A stretch of DNA of 64,000 nt from Actinomycetota bacterium (GTDB lineage: Bacteria; Actinomycetota; Acidimicrobiia; Acidimicrobiales; Ilumatobacteraceae). Every line of letters starts with the position of its first letter. The first letter of the stretch is position 1. Shown one piece after another: positions 26,222 to 35,468 of this stretch. Location of the stretch: assembly GCA_016700055.1 (NCBI GenBank), contig CP064997.1, positions 2,938,514 to 3,002,513 on the forward strand. The letters are read 5' to 3'. The notes under the pieces are model-generated. The model searched no databases. It saw only the letters and a list, made by a program, of their open reading frames with translations, and had not been told where the DNA came from. The position numbers were made by a program, and so were the translations under genes.

Positions 26222-27591
26222 TCGCGGCCTCGTTCACCTCCGTCGATCTCGTCATGGCGATCGTGATCGTGCTGCTGCTGTTCATCCTCGTGCTGCTCGC
26301 CGTCGCCGAAACCTCGCTGAACCGGATCTCGCGGGTGAAGGCGAAGGCGATCGCCGAATCGAGGGGCACCAAGGCGGCGCAGTCGCTAGAGCGCCTCGTC
26401 ACGCATCCGGAGCGGTTCATCAACCCGGTGCTGGTGACGATCACGTTGTGCCAGACCGGTCAGGCGTTCCTCACCTCGCTGCTCGCCTCCCGGCTGTTCG
26501 GGGCGGTCGGGGTGGCGGTCGCCTTCTTGCTCAACGTGGTCGTGTTCTTCGTGGTGTCCGAGGCGATGCCGAAGACATGGGCGGTGCTGTCGGCCGAGCG
26601 CGCGGCGCTCGCCACGGCCCGGTTCACCGAGGCGCTGGTCAACTTCCCGCCGCTGCAACTGCTCTCCCGGGGCTTGATCGGGTTGACGAACGTCCTGTTG
26701 CCCGGCAAGGGGCTGAAGCAAGGCCCGTTCGTCTCGGAGCAAGAGCTGCTCGGGATCGTCGGTGCCGCCGCCGACGACGAGGTGATCGAGCACGAGGAGC
26801 GCGAGCTGATCGAGTCGATCATCGAGTTCGGCGACACCGTGGCTCGCGAAGTGATGGTGCCGCGACCCGACATGGTCGTCGTGAGCAGCTCGGAGAGCGT
26901 CACCGCCACGCTCGACCTCGCGCTCGAGCACGGCTTCTCCCGCCTGCCGGTGGTGCAAGAGGACGGCGACGACGTGATCGGCCTCGCGTACACGAAGGAC
27001 TTGATGCAGGCGGAGCGCACCGGCGGCGGGTACCGCCCGGTCACCGAGTTCTTGCGTCCGGTGCGGTTCATCCCCGAGAACAAGGCCGTCGCTCGGCTGA
27101 TGCGCGAGATGCAGGCCGAGAAGGCGCACCTCGCGATCGTCGTCGACGAGTACGGCGACATCGCCGGGCTGGTCTCGCTGGAGGACTGCCTCGAGGAACT
27201 GGTCGGCGAGATCCACGACGAGTACGACAACGAGACCGCCGAGGTCGAGGCGCTGGACGACGGCGGCTACCTCGTCGACGGCGGCACCAGTGTGTCTGAC
27301 CTGAACGAGCTGCTCGGCCTCGGCCTGCCCGACGAGGAGTGGGACACGGTCGGCGGGTTCGTGTTCGGCACGCTGGAACACGTACCGGTACCCGGCGAGA
27401 CGGTGGACCACGAAGACTGGCGCTTCCTGGTCGAAGAGGTGGAAGGGCGCCGTGTCCGCCGGGTGCGGGTCAGTGCGATCGGTGCCCGCCACCGCCACTT
27501 GGGCCATCACCACGCCGAGCCCGACCCCGGCGAGCGTCACGCCGACCCGCTGGTCGCCGACGAACCCTCCAGTTCTCGGTCGGATTTGTGA
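26218..27591 (+). CDS. hemolysin-family CNNM/CorC protein (DUF21 TM domain, CBS pair, CorC_HlyC)
   Basis: ATGA overlap with ybeY; domain order read from sequence; the last 20 nt incl. TGA lie inside repeat copy 4. Confidence 0.9.
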   Translation: MIAASFTSVDLVMAIVIVLLLFILVLLAVAETSLNRISRVKAKAIAESRGTKAAQSLERLVTHPERFINPVLVTITLCQTGQAFLTSLLASRLFGAVGVAVAFLLNVVVFFVVSEAMPKTWAVLSAERAALATARFTEALVNFPPLQLLSRGLIGLTNVLLPGKGLKQGPFVSEQELLGIVGAAADDEVIEHEERELIESIIEFGDTVAREVMVPRPDMVVVSSSESVTATLDLALEHGFSRLPVVQEDGDDVIGLAYTKDLMQAERTGGGYRPVTEFLRPVRFIPENKAVARLMREMQAEKAHLAIVVDEYGDIAGLVSLEDCLEELVGEIHDEYDNETAEVEALDDGGYLVDGGTSVSDLNELLGLGLPDEEWDTVGGFVFGTLEHVPVPGETVDHEDWRFLVEEVEGRRVRRVRVSAIGARHRHLGHHHAEPDPGERHADPLVADEPSSSRSDL

Positions 27592-27620
27592 CACATAGCG
27601 CGACTCATCCGACCGAGAAC
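27572..27620 (+). repeat. 49-bp hairpin element, copy 4 (variant C at position 35)
   Basis: Identical to copy 1; between convergent CorC-like and MFS genes. Confidence 0.95.
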
Positions 27621-27631
27621 GGAGGGGCGCG

Positions 27632-28879
27632 CTAGGCCGCCGCTAGCGCTTCGGCGCGGGCTAGTGCTGCCGGCCGCACCGGCCAGGCGCCCACGACCAG
27701 CGCGACGAGGGTGACCACGCCTCCGGCGATGAACGGGGCCCTGATGTCGACGTGGTAGGCCAGCTGGCCGCCGATCAACGCACCGATCGCCACCGATCCG
27801 GTGCCGAGCCAGCGGAAGATGCCGTTCACGCGGCCGAACAAGTGCTTGGGGATGAGCCGTTGGCGAAGCGACACCGAGATCACGTTCCAGACCGTCGTCG
27901 CCATGCCTTCGGCGGCCGCGATCAGCGCCACCATCCACACGCTCGTGGCCAGCCCCATCGCGATCTGGCACATCCCGAACGCGAAGTAGGCGCCGAGCAG
28001 AGCTGACGACGAGCCGAGGCGCTCGGCGAAACGATCGCCGAGCAGACCACCGGCAACTGCGCCGAGAGCCATCACCGCGAGCAGCAGGCCGTACCCGCGC
28101 TCGCTGACCCCCAGCTCCTCGGCCGCGAACTTGACGAACACCGCGTATCCGAAGTGCAGGCCGAGGTTCACCGCGGCGAGCAGCATCGCGAGGCTGAGCA
28201 GCAGGGGGCTGGCGAACAGCCAGCGGAATCCGTCGGAGAGCTCGGTGCGGAATGGGCTCGGCAGTTTGGACGAGGTGGGAGCCGAACCCGGCGCGAACCG
28301 GATGCTGGCGATCAGCGCCGCCGCCAGCAGGAAGGAAGCGGCGTTGATGCCGAAGGGCAGCCCGATCATCGCCACGAACAGCCACGCCCCGATCGGCAGC
28401 CCGACGAACCCGTTGCCGACGACCTCGGTGGCGTACAGGATCCCGTTCGCTCTCGGGAGCTGCTCCGGTTGGACGATCGACGGCAGGAAGGCTTGCGCCG
28501 TGCTGTCGAACAGCACCTCGCCGATGCCGACCCCGACCAGGATGACGAGCAGCCCCTCGATCCCGAGGCGACCGGTGGCTGCGCCGACGGCGATCACGGC
28601 GAACAGCGCCGCGCGCACGACGTTCGCGATGACCATCGTGTGCTGGCGGTCCCAGCGGTCGATCCAGACTCCGATCGGCAACGAGAAGATGAGCCAGGGC
28701 AACGAGGCGGCGAACGTCACCGCGGCGATCATCCGGGCGTCGTCGGTGAGGCTGTACGCGAGCAGCGGCATCGCGGCCAGGTTCATGCCGTCACCGGTGT
28801 TCGACACTGCGGTGGCGCCCCACTGGCGCCAATAGGCGGACGGTAGACGCGCCGGGTCTGCCGCGCGGCCAGCCCTCAT
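27632..28879 (-). CDS. MFS transporter
   Basis: Start trimmed to ATG 28879 (MRAGRAADPARL); about 12 hydrophobic spans; upstream ORF portion is poly-Arg junk. Confidence 0.8.
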   Translation of the reverse strand: MRAGRAADPARLPSAYWRQWGATAVSNTGDGMNLAAMPLLAYSLTDDARMIAAVTFAASLPWLIFSLPIGVWIDRWDRQHTMVIANVVRAALFAVIAVGAATGRLGIEGLLVILVGVGIGEVLFDSTAQAFLPSIVQPEQLPRANGILYATEVVGNGFVGLPIGAWLFVAMIGLPFGINAASFLLAAALIASIRFAPGSAPTSSKLPSPFRTELSDGFRWLFASPLLLSLAMLLAAVNLGLHFGYAVFVKFAAEELGVSERGYGLLLAVMALGAVAGGLLGDRFAERLGSSSALLGAYFAFGMCQIAMGLATSVWMVALIAAAEGMATTVWNVISVSLRQRLIPKHLFGRVNGIFRWLGTGSVAIGALIGGQLAYHVDIRAPFIAGGVVTLVALVVGAWPVRPAALARAEALAAA

Positions 28880-28911
28880 CGCCTCGCCAGCCCCGTCATC
28901 AGGCCGCGAAA

Positions 28912-30036
28912 CTACCCCGTCCGTGACAGCAGTTCCGTGCGACGCACCTTGCCGAGTGCAGTTCGCGGCACGACGGTCACGAGTTGCAGCTCGCGCGGCG
29001 CGCAGAACGTGGCGAGATCTGCCTTCACGTGCGCGCGCAGCTCGTCGAGGGTGGGGGGCTCGACCTCGTCGGCGGGGACCACGAACGCCACCACCCGCTG
29101 GCCCCACACCGGGTCGGCGCGCCCGGCGACGGCGACGTCGGCGACGGCGCGATGGCTGCGCAACGACCGCTCGACCGCGTCCGGCCACACGTTCTCGCCG
29201 CCGGTGATGATCAGCTCGCCGCGGCGACCGGCGACCGTGAGCCGGCCGTCGGGCAGCAGGCCACCGAGGTCGCCCGTCGCGAACCAGCCGTCCGCGTCCA
29301 ACGGATCGTGGCCGTCGCGGTAGCAGCGCAGAAGCATCGGACCGCGCACGTGGATCTCGCCTGCGTCGTCGACGCGGATCTCGACGCCGGGGAGGGCATG
29401 CCCCTCGTAGACCACCCCGCTACCGGTCTCGGTCATACCGTAGGTGGCGACGGTGTTGTCTGGGCGGGCCGCGGGCGGGGGACCACCGCCGAGCAGGATG
29501 ACCCGGAAGAGGCGGGGGTCGATCCGGGGGAGTGCCGTCGCGACGAGCGAGACGAGGGTGCACCCTGCGCGAGCGGCGGCGCCAACCTGCTCGGCGTCGA
29601 AGCCGGGCAGCACCGTGAGTCCGGTGCCGGTGACGAGCGCCCTCGTCACCACCGAGAGGCCCCCGACATGGGCGAGCGGCAGGCACGCGAGCCATCGGTC
29701 GCCGCTCGATACGTCGAGCCAGGTGCTCGACGCCCGCGCCGAGGCCGCGACGGCGTCATGGGTGAGCACGACCCCCTTCGGCTCACCGGTCGATCCGCTG
29801 GTGGCCACCACGAGGGCGTCGCCGGGCTCGGTCGGTCGCCCTCCGGGGAGACTGCGTTCCTCGAGGCCTTCGTCGATGACACTCCCCGGCGCCATCGACG
29901 CGGTCACCGCCCTCTTCGCCTTCGGCGGCAGGCGCTGGTCCACCGGGAAGGCGGTGTCGCCGCGGTCCCACACCCGGCGCAGGGCGTCGACGAAGTCGGG
30001 CCCCCCGGGCAGGTCGAGAGCGACGAGCGACGCCAC
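28912..30036 (-). CDS. menE: o-succinylbenzoate-CoA ligase-like AMP-binding enzyme
   Basis: Short (374 aa) adenylate-forming enzyme, TSGSTGEPKGV, GMTETGSG, TGDLG; divergent from menA inside a men cluster; GTG start. Confidence 0.7.
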   Translation of the reverse strand: MASLVALDLPGGPDFVDALRRVWDRGDTAFPVDQRLPPKAKRAVTASMAPGSVIDEGLEERSLPGGRPTEPGDALVVATSGSTGEPKGVVLTHDAVAASARASSTWLDVSSGDRWLACLPLAHVGGLSVVTRALVTGTGLTVLPGFDAEQVGAAARAGCTLVSLVATALPRIDPRLFRVILLGGGPPPAARPDNTVATYGMTETGSGVVYEGHALPGVEIRVDDAGEIHVRGPMLLRCYRDGHDPLDADGWFATGDLGGLLPDGRLTVAGRRGELIITGGENVWPDAVERSLRSHRAVADVAVAGRADPVWGQRVVAFVVPADEVEPPTLDELRAHVKADLATFCAPRELQLVTVVPRTALGKVRRTELLSRTG

Positions 30037-30070
30037 GCGGACAGGTTAAGGGCGCTGGCAGACTGGCGAC

Positions 30071-30937
30071 ATGAACCGCTGGGTGATCGGTGCACGACCG
30101 CGCACGCTTCCTGCCGCCGTCGTGCCCGTGGCCGTCGGGGCGGCGTGCGCGGTGGGCGAGGGCGGTGCGGTCTGGTGGCGCGTCCCTGTGGCGCTGGTCG
30201 TCAGCCTCGCCCTGCAGGTGGGGGTCAACTACGCCAACGACTACAGCGACGGCGTACGGGGCACCGACGACGCCCGGGTCGGCCCGACGCGTCTCGTGGC
30301 CTCCGGTCTGGCGACACCGCGGTCCGCGAAGCGCGCCGCGCTCGTGGCCTTCGGCGTCGCCGCCGTGGCCGGGTTGGCCCTCGCCGCGACGACCACGTGG
30401 TGGCTGCTCGCGGTAGGGGCGGCGTGCCTGCTGGCCGGCTGGTTCTACACGGGTGGGCCGCGGCCCTACGGGTATCTCGGGCTGGGCGAGTTGTTCGTGT
30501 TCGTGTTCTTCGGGCTCGTCGCCACCGCGGGCACGACCTTCGTCGTCGTCGAGCGGGTAACGGCGCTGTCGCTCGTCGCTGCCGCCGGAGTCGGGTTCCT
30601 CGCTTGCGCGTTGCTGGTGGTCAACAACCTGCGTGACATCCCCTCCGACACCTCCGTCGGCAAGCGGACGCTCGCGGTGCGCCTCGGCGACGCGCGCACG
30701 CGCCAGATGTACGTGCTGCTCGTCGCCGGCGCTCTCCTCGCGGCCGCAGCGACGGCGCCGTGGCGGCCGCTCGCGCTCGCGGCCGTACCCTTCGCCGCGG
30801 CGGCTGCCGTCAGACCCGTCGTCGCCGTACGCCGCGGTGCCAAGGGGGCAGAGCTCGTCACGGTGCTCGCCGGCACGGGCGGGTTGCAGCTCGTCTACGG
30901 CGCGTCGCTCGCGCTCTTCCTCTCGCTCGGTGCCTGA
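30071..30937 (+). CDS. menA: 1,4-dihydroxy-2-naphthoate polyprenyltransferase
   Basis: UbiA-fold, ARPRTLPAAVVPV, NYANDYSDGVRGTDD motif, about 8 TM spans. Confidence 0.9.
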   Translation: MNRWVIGARPRTLPAAVVPVAVGAACAVGEGGAVWWRVPVALVVSLALQVGVNYANDYSDGVRGTDDARVGPTRLVASGLATPRSAKRAALVAFGVAAVAGLALAATTTWWLLAVGAACLLAGWFYTGGPRPYGYLGLGELFVFVFFGLVATAGTTFVVVERVTALSLVAAAGVGFLACALLVVNNLRDIPSDTSVGKRTLAVRLGDARTRQMYVLLVAGALLAAAATAPWRPLALAAVPFAAAAAVRPVVAVRRGAKGAELVTVLAGTGGLQLVYGASLALFLSLGA

Positions 30938-31710
30938 AGCTGTTCCACAGGGTGGGCCTGCAGGAACTCGCGCACGAGGCGGATCACCTCGGCAGGTCGT
31001 TCGAGGTGCGCGGCGTGTCCGGCGTCGGGCACCACCGCAAGTTCGGCTCGGGGCATCGCTGACTTCATCCGCCGCGCGATCTCGGTGAACTTGTGATCGC
31101 GCTCCCCGGTGATCAGGAGTGTCGGGCACGTGATCCGGCCGATCTCGGGCCACAGATCGGCCTGCGTGCCGGTGCCGCAGCGGCGCAGGCTCGACGCGAG
31201 ACCGGCGGCCGTGTTGCCGCCCCGCTCGGCGCGGTCGGCGGGGTCGTCGGGCAGCCCGGCGAACATCGGGTTCGACAGCCACCGGTCGAGGAACGCCTCG
31301 ACCCCGTCACGCTCGAGGTCTTCGGCCAACTGCTCGTCGCTGCGCCGGCGCGCCGCCCGCTCGGCCGGGTCGGAGATGCCAGGGGTGGCGCCGACGAGCA
31401 CGAGCCGTTCGACGAGCGCGGCGTGGGCGAGTGCCAGGTGAAGGCACAGCCGGCCACCCATCGAGTAGCCGACGTACGTTGCCCGCCCTCCCGCCGCGCC
31501 GAGGAGTGCGGCGCCATCCGGGAGGTCGGTGTCGACGTCGGCTGATCCGCCGTGGCCGGGGGCGTCCACCGCGCTCACGTGGTAGCGCTCGGCCAGCTGG
31601 CGGGCGATCGGCAGCCACGAGCGCCCGGTCTGGGTGAAGCCGTGCACCAGCACCAGGCGTTCCCCGCCGCCGAGCGACCAGGTGGCGAGCGCGCGCGCCT
31701 TGTCGGCCAT
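30895..31710 (-). CDS. menH: alpha/beta hydrolase, SHCHC synthase (MenH)-like
   Basis: Start trimmed to ATG 31710 (MADKARALATW); LVLVHGFTQTG, GYSMGG nucleophile elbow; divergent from menD. Confidence 0.7.
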   Translation of the reverse strand: MADKARALATWSLGGGERLVLVHGFTQTGRSWLPIARQLAERYHVSAVDAPGHGGSADVDTDLPDGAALLGAAGGRATYVGYSMGGRLCLHLALAHAALVERLVLVGATPGISDPAERAARRRSDEQLAEDLERDGVEAFLDRWLSNPMFAGLPDDPADRAERGGNTAAGLASSLRRCGTGTQADLWPEIGRITCPTLLITGERDHKFTEIARRMKSAMPRAELAVVPDAGHAAHLERPAEVIRLVREFLQAHPVEQLQAPSERKSASDAP

Positions 31711-31745
31711 CGACGGTGACGATAGGCCCCTATCGTGTCGAGCCG

Positions 31746-33461
31746 ATGGACGCGCGGCAGGCTTTCGGGGTCGTCCAGGCGACGTGGTGCGCGACGCTCG
31801 TCGACGAATGGGTGGCGCAAGGACTGGCCCACGCAGTGGTGTCACCGGGATCGCGCTCCACCCCGATGGCACTCGCGCTGGCCGCCCGCGACGAGATCCG
31901 CGTACACGTCGTGCTCGACGAGCGCTCCGCCGGGTTCGTCGCGCTCGGCATCGGGGAGGCCACCGGCCGGGCGGCGGCCGTGCTGTGCACCAGTGGTACC
32001 GCCGCGGTGCACCTCCACGCGGCGGTGGTCGAAGCCGACCTGGCGGGGTTGCCACTGCTCGTGCTCACCGCCGATCGGCCACCGGAGCTGCATCACGTCG
32101 GTGCTCCCCAGACGATCGACCAGACGCGCCTGTACGGGCCGGCGGCGCGCTGGTACCACGACCCCGGAGTCGCCGACGCATCGGTGGCGGGCACCTGGCG
32201 AGCGGTGGCGGCGCGGTCGCTGGCGGCCACCGGCGCCCCGCATCCCGGCCCGGTGCACCTGAATCTGGCGTTTCGCGACCCGCTCGTCGCACCCGCGGGG
32301 GAGCTGCCGGCGCGGCGCGGCGCCAGCGACCGTGCTCCAGTCACGTGGCCGGCAGCGCTCGCCGCCGACCCGGCGGACGTGGCTCGGCTCGCCCGGGTTG
32401 TCGACGCCCAGCGCGGTGTGATCGTCGCCGGCCGCGGGGCCGGCTCGCCCGAGGCGGTCGGCCGGCTGTCGGACGCCGCCGGGTGGCCGGTGCTGGCCGA
32501 CCCGCGCAGCGGTTGCGGCCAACTCCCCGGCGCGGTGCGTGCTTTCGACAGCATCCTGCGCCACCACGAGTTCGCCGCCGCACACGCCCCCCAGGTGGTC
32601 GTGCGGCTCGGGGATCCCCCGGCGTCGAAGGTGCTGGCCGAGTGGGCGGCTGCCAGCGGGGCGGTGCAGGTGCATGTCGGGGCGCGCCCTCGGGTGGTCG
32701 ACCCCGAACATGCCGTCACGCACCGCGTCGTCGGCGATCCGGCAGCGGTGTGCGCGGTTCTGGCCGCGGAGCTGCGCGGCGCGAGCGGCACGCCCTGGCT
32801 CGCCCGCTGGCGCCGCGCGGAACAGCTCGCCGAGGCTGCGCTGGCGGCCGCGCTCGCCGACGAGGCCGAGCTCACCGAGCCGGGGGCGGCGCGCACCGTC
32901 CTGCAGTCGCTGCCGGAAGGCGCGCACCTGGTGGTGTCGTCCTCGATGCCGGTGCGCGACGTCGAGTGGTTCGCCGGATCCCGTGCCGGCGTGAGCACGC
33001 ACGCGAACAGGGGAGCGAACGGCATCGACGGCGTGGTGGCCACCGCGATCGGGATCGCTCTCGGCACGCGGCGCCCCGTCGGCCTGCTGATCGGCGACGT
33101 CGCGTTCGTGCACGACTCCTCGTCGCTCGCCGCCTTGGCGCGAAGGGACGCCGACGTGCGGATCGTCGTCGTCGACAACGACGGTGGCGGGATCTTCTCG
33201 TTCCTGCCGCAGGCGACCGAGCTGGCGAGCGACCGGTTCGAGCAGTTGTTCGGCACCCCGCACGGCACCGACGTGCCCGGCCTGGCCGCGGCCCACGGCC
33301 TGCCGACGTGCACCGCCGTCTCCACCGCCGACCTCGCCGCCGCCGTCGCGGTCCCGGGCCCGCACGTCGTGCGCGTGCGCACCGACCGGCAGTCGAACAA
33401 GGCGGTGCACGATGCGCTGCACCGCGCCGTGCACGACGCGCTCGGAGGAGCGCTCGGCTGA
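31746..33461 (+). CDS. menD: SEPHCHC synthase (ThDP-dependent)
   Basis: VVSPGSRSTPMALA, CTSGTAAVHL, LLVLTADRPPEL, VVDNDGGGIFSFLP; start ATG 31746 (GTG 31716 possible). Confidence 0.9.
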   Translation: MDARQAFGVVQATWCATLVDEWVAQGLAHAVVSPGSRSTPMALALAARDEIRVHVVLDERSAGFVALGIGEATGRAAAVLCTSGTAAVHLHAAVVEADLAGLPLLVLTADRPPELHHVGAPQTIDQTRLYGPAARWYHDPGVADASVAGTWRAVAARSLAATGAPHPGPVHLNLAFRDPLVAPAGELPARRGASDRAPVTWPAALAADPADVARLARVVDAQRGVIVAGRGAGSPEAVGRLSDAAGWPVLADPRSGCGQLPGAVRAFDSILRHHEFAAAHAPQVVVRLGDPPASKVLAEWAAASGAVQVHVGARPRVVDPEHAVTHRVVGDPAAVCAVLAAELRGASGTPWLARWRRAEQLAEAALAAALADEAELTEPGAARTVLQSLPEGAHLVVSSSMPVRDVEWFAGSRAGVSTHANRGANGIDGVVATAIGIALGTRRPVGLLIGDVAFVHDSSSLAALARRDADVRIVVVDNDGGGIFSFLPQATELASDRFEQLFGTPHGTDVPGLAAAHGLPTCTAVSTADLAAAVAVPGPHVVRVRTDRQSNKAVHDALHRAVHDALGGALG

Positions 33462-33464
33462 ACG

Positions 33465-34649
33465 CTAGGGGCGCACGAGCGCGGAGAGCATCGCCTGCAA
33501 CTTGGCCTGCGTCTCGCCCAACTCCGCCGCCGGATCGCTGTCGGCGACGATGCCGCCGCCGGCGAAGAGCCGCGCCCGGCGACGGTCGGGAGACAGCTCG
33601 GCGCAGCGGATCGCCACCGCCCACGTGCCGTTGCCGTGCGCGTCGACCCAGCCGACGGCGCCGCCGTAGCGGCCCCGCTCGAATCCCTCGACGTCTGCGA
33701 TGAGGCGTAGCGCGGCGTCTCGCGGATGGCCGCCGAGCGCCGGGGTGGGCGACAGCGCGCGCACCAGCTCGACTACCGTCGGCGTCGGGTCGCTGAGTCG
33801 TCCCTCCACCGCGCTGCCGAGGTGCTGCACGTTGGCCACCGGCACGATCGAGGGCTCCGCTTCCCAATCGAGGTAGCTGCACCACGGCAGCAAGGTGTCG
33901 TGGACGACCTCGATCACCACCCGGTGCTCGACCTGGTCCTTCATGCTGGCGACCAGCGCCGCAGCCAAGCGCTCGTCGGTGGCCGGATCACCCGTTCGCG
34001 GTGTGGTGCCGGCCAGCGGGTGGGAGCGCACCACGTCGCCGGCCACGGCGACGAGCAGCTCCGGCGAAGCGCCGATCAGCCCGTCGACGGAGTAGCGGTA
34101 GCTGGAGCCGAAGCTCGCCCGCAGGCGCAGCAGCACGGAATGGACGTCGATCGGGCGGTCGCTCTCCACCAGCACGTCCCTCGCGATCACCACCTTCGTC
34201 AGCAGACCGGAGCGGACGGCGTCGCGGGCGGTGGCGACGGCATTCAGATACGTGTCGACCGGTGTCAGCGCTGAGACGGTGAACGCTGCCGCGCTGGGAG
34301 CGGGCGGTGGCGCAGAGTCGAGCGCCTCGGACCGCGCATCGTCGACGACCGTCGACCAACACCGGCCGTCGTCGTCTCTGCAGATGGTCACCGCCGGGAC
34401 GACGAGCTCGGCCGGCGCCCCTGGTTCGAACGGCACGCAGCCGATGGCCACCGGCCCGCACCCGGGATGGCCGGGCGCCTGTTCGTGCTCGATCGAGCGC
34501 AGCAACTCGACCGCTTCGTCGACATCGACCCGAGCGGCGACGCCCCGCCCGGCCACTCCGATGCCGTCGCGCACGAACAGGTAGCCGTCACCGCGGGCGA
34601 ACGCGTCGAGGTCGAGGTCGCCCGCGACCCTGCTGGTTACCGCTCGCAT
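33465..34649 (-). CDS. menF: isochorismate synthase
   Basis: Chorismate-binding C-terminus: PTPALGGHP, ERGRYGGAVGW, AIRCA, LFAGGGIVADSDP, E..ETQAK; start ATG 34649, 4 nt after upstream stop. Confidence 0.85.
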   Translation of the reverse strand: MRAVTSRVAGDLDLDAFARGDGYLFVRDGIGVAGRGVAARVDVDEAVELLRSIEHEQAPGHPGCGPVAIGCVPFEPGAPAELVVPAVTICRDDDGRCWSTVVDDARSEALDSAPPPAPSAAAFTVSALTPVDTYLNAVATARDAVRSGLLTKVVIARDVLVESDRPIDVHSVLLRLRASFGSSYRYSVDGLIGASPELLVAVAGDVVRSHPLAGTTPRTGDPATDERLAAALVASMKDQVEHRVVIEVVHDTLLPWCSYLDWEAEPSIVPVANVQHLGSAVEGRLSDPTPTVVELVRALSPTPALGGHPRDAALRLIADVEGFERGRYGGAVGWVDAHGNGTWAVAIRCAELSPDRRRARLFAGGGIVADSDPAAELGETQAKLQAMLSALVRP

Positions 34650-34653
34650 CCGG

Positions 34654-35442
34654 TCAGCTCGCCGTGCCGGTGAAGAGCTGGGTGATGCCACCGGTCAGGG
34701 GTCGATGAACGGCGTCGGCGAACCCGGCGCGCTGCAGCTCGGCGACCAGCACGGGGGGTTCGGGCAGGTAGGCGACGCTGCGTGGCAGGTACCGGTAGGC
34801 CCCGGGGTCGGACAGCAGGGCACCGATCTTCGGCACCACCCGGCCGAAGTACACGCCGTTGCCCCAGCGGACGAGGGCGTTGCGGGGCACGCCGACGTCG
34901 AGCAGGGCGATGCGCCCGCCGGGGCGCACGACGCGGCCGAGCTCGGCGAAGAACGCCGGCAGGTCGACGAGGTTGCGCAACGCGAAGCCGCAGACGGCAC
35001 CGTCCACCGCCGAGTCGCGCAGCGGCAGACGGACGATGTCGGCCTGCACCCGCGGCGCCCCGCTGCGGTCTTCGGCGAGCATCCCGAAGCTGAAGTCGAT
35101 CGAGAGCGGTCGGTGGCCGGCGCGAGCGAGATCGATGCACAGGTCCCCGGTCCCACTCGCGAGGTCGGCCACCACGCTGCCCGGCGCCAGCGCGAGGTCG
35201 CGGACCGCGCGCCGGCGCCAACGCACGTCGAGGCGGAAGGTCATGATCCGGTTCAAGAGGTCGTAGCGCGGCGCGATCGTGTCGAACATCTCGCGCACCG
35301 CGTGCGCCTTGGCCTGGCCCTCGGGCAGTTCGTCGCTGTCCCACGCTGCTCTGGCCGCGGTCGAAGGCTCGCGCTCGGTCACGGCTGACGAGGCTACGAG
35401 TAGGGGTGGCGGCGCGCACGCGGGAGCGGCGAGACTCACCAC
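34654..35442 (-). CDS. menG: demethylmenaquinone methyltransferase (UbiE/MenG family)
   Basis: VREMFDTIAPRYDLLNRIMTF, DLASGTGD, FALRNL, RPGGRIALLD; start uncertain (35442 or GTG 35382). Confidence 0.85.
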   Translation of the reverse strand: MVSLAAPACAPPPLLVASSAVTEREPSTAARAAWDSDELPEGQAKAHAVREMFDTIAPRYDLLNRIMTFRLDVRWRRRAVRDLALAPGSVVADLASGTGDLCIDLARAGHRPLSIDFSFGMLAEDRSGAPRVQADIVRLPLRDSAVDGAVCGFALRNLVDLPAFFAELGRVVRPGGRIALLDVGVPRNALVRWGNGVYFGRVVPKIGALLSDPGAYRYLPRSVAYLPEPPVLVAELQRAGFADAVHRPLTGGITQLFTGTAS

Positions 35443-35468
35443 ACGCGAGGAAAGGGGGTACCGCGGCG

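Noticed and set aside
16005-27620. The 49-bp repeats as a CRISPR array.
   Set aside because: The spacing is 0.4 to 7.6 kb and irregular, the intervening DNA is ordinary genes, and no cas genes are present in the window.
28912-35442. The menaquinone cluster as incomplete or unusual because menB and menC are missing.
   Set aside because: men genes are commonly split over several loci. Absence from a 64-kb window is not evidence of absence from the genome.
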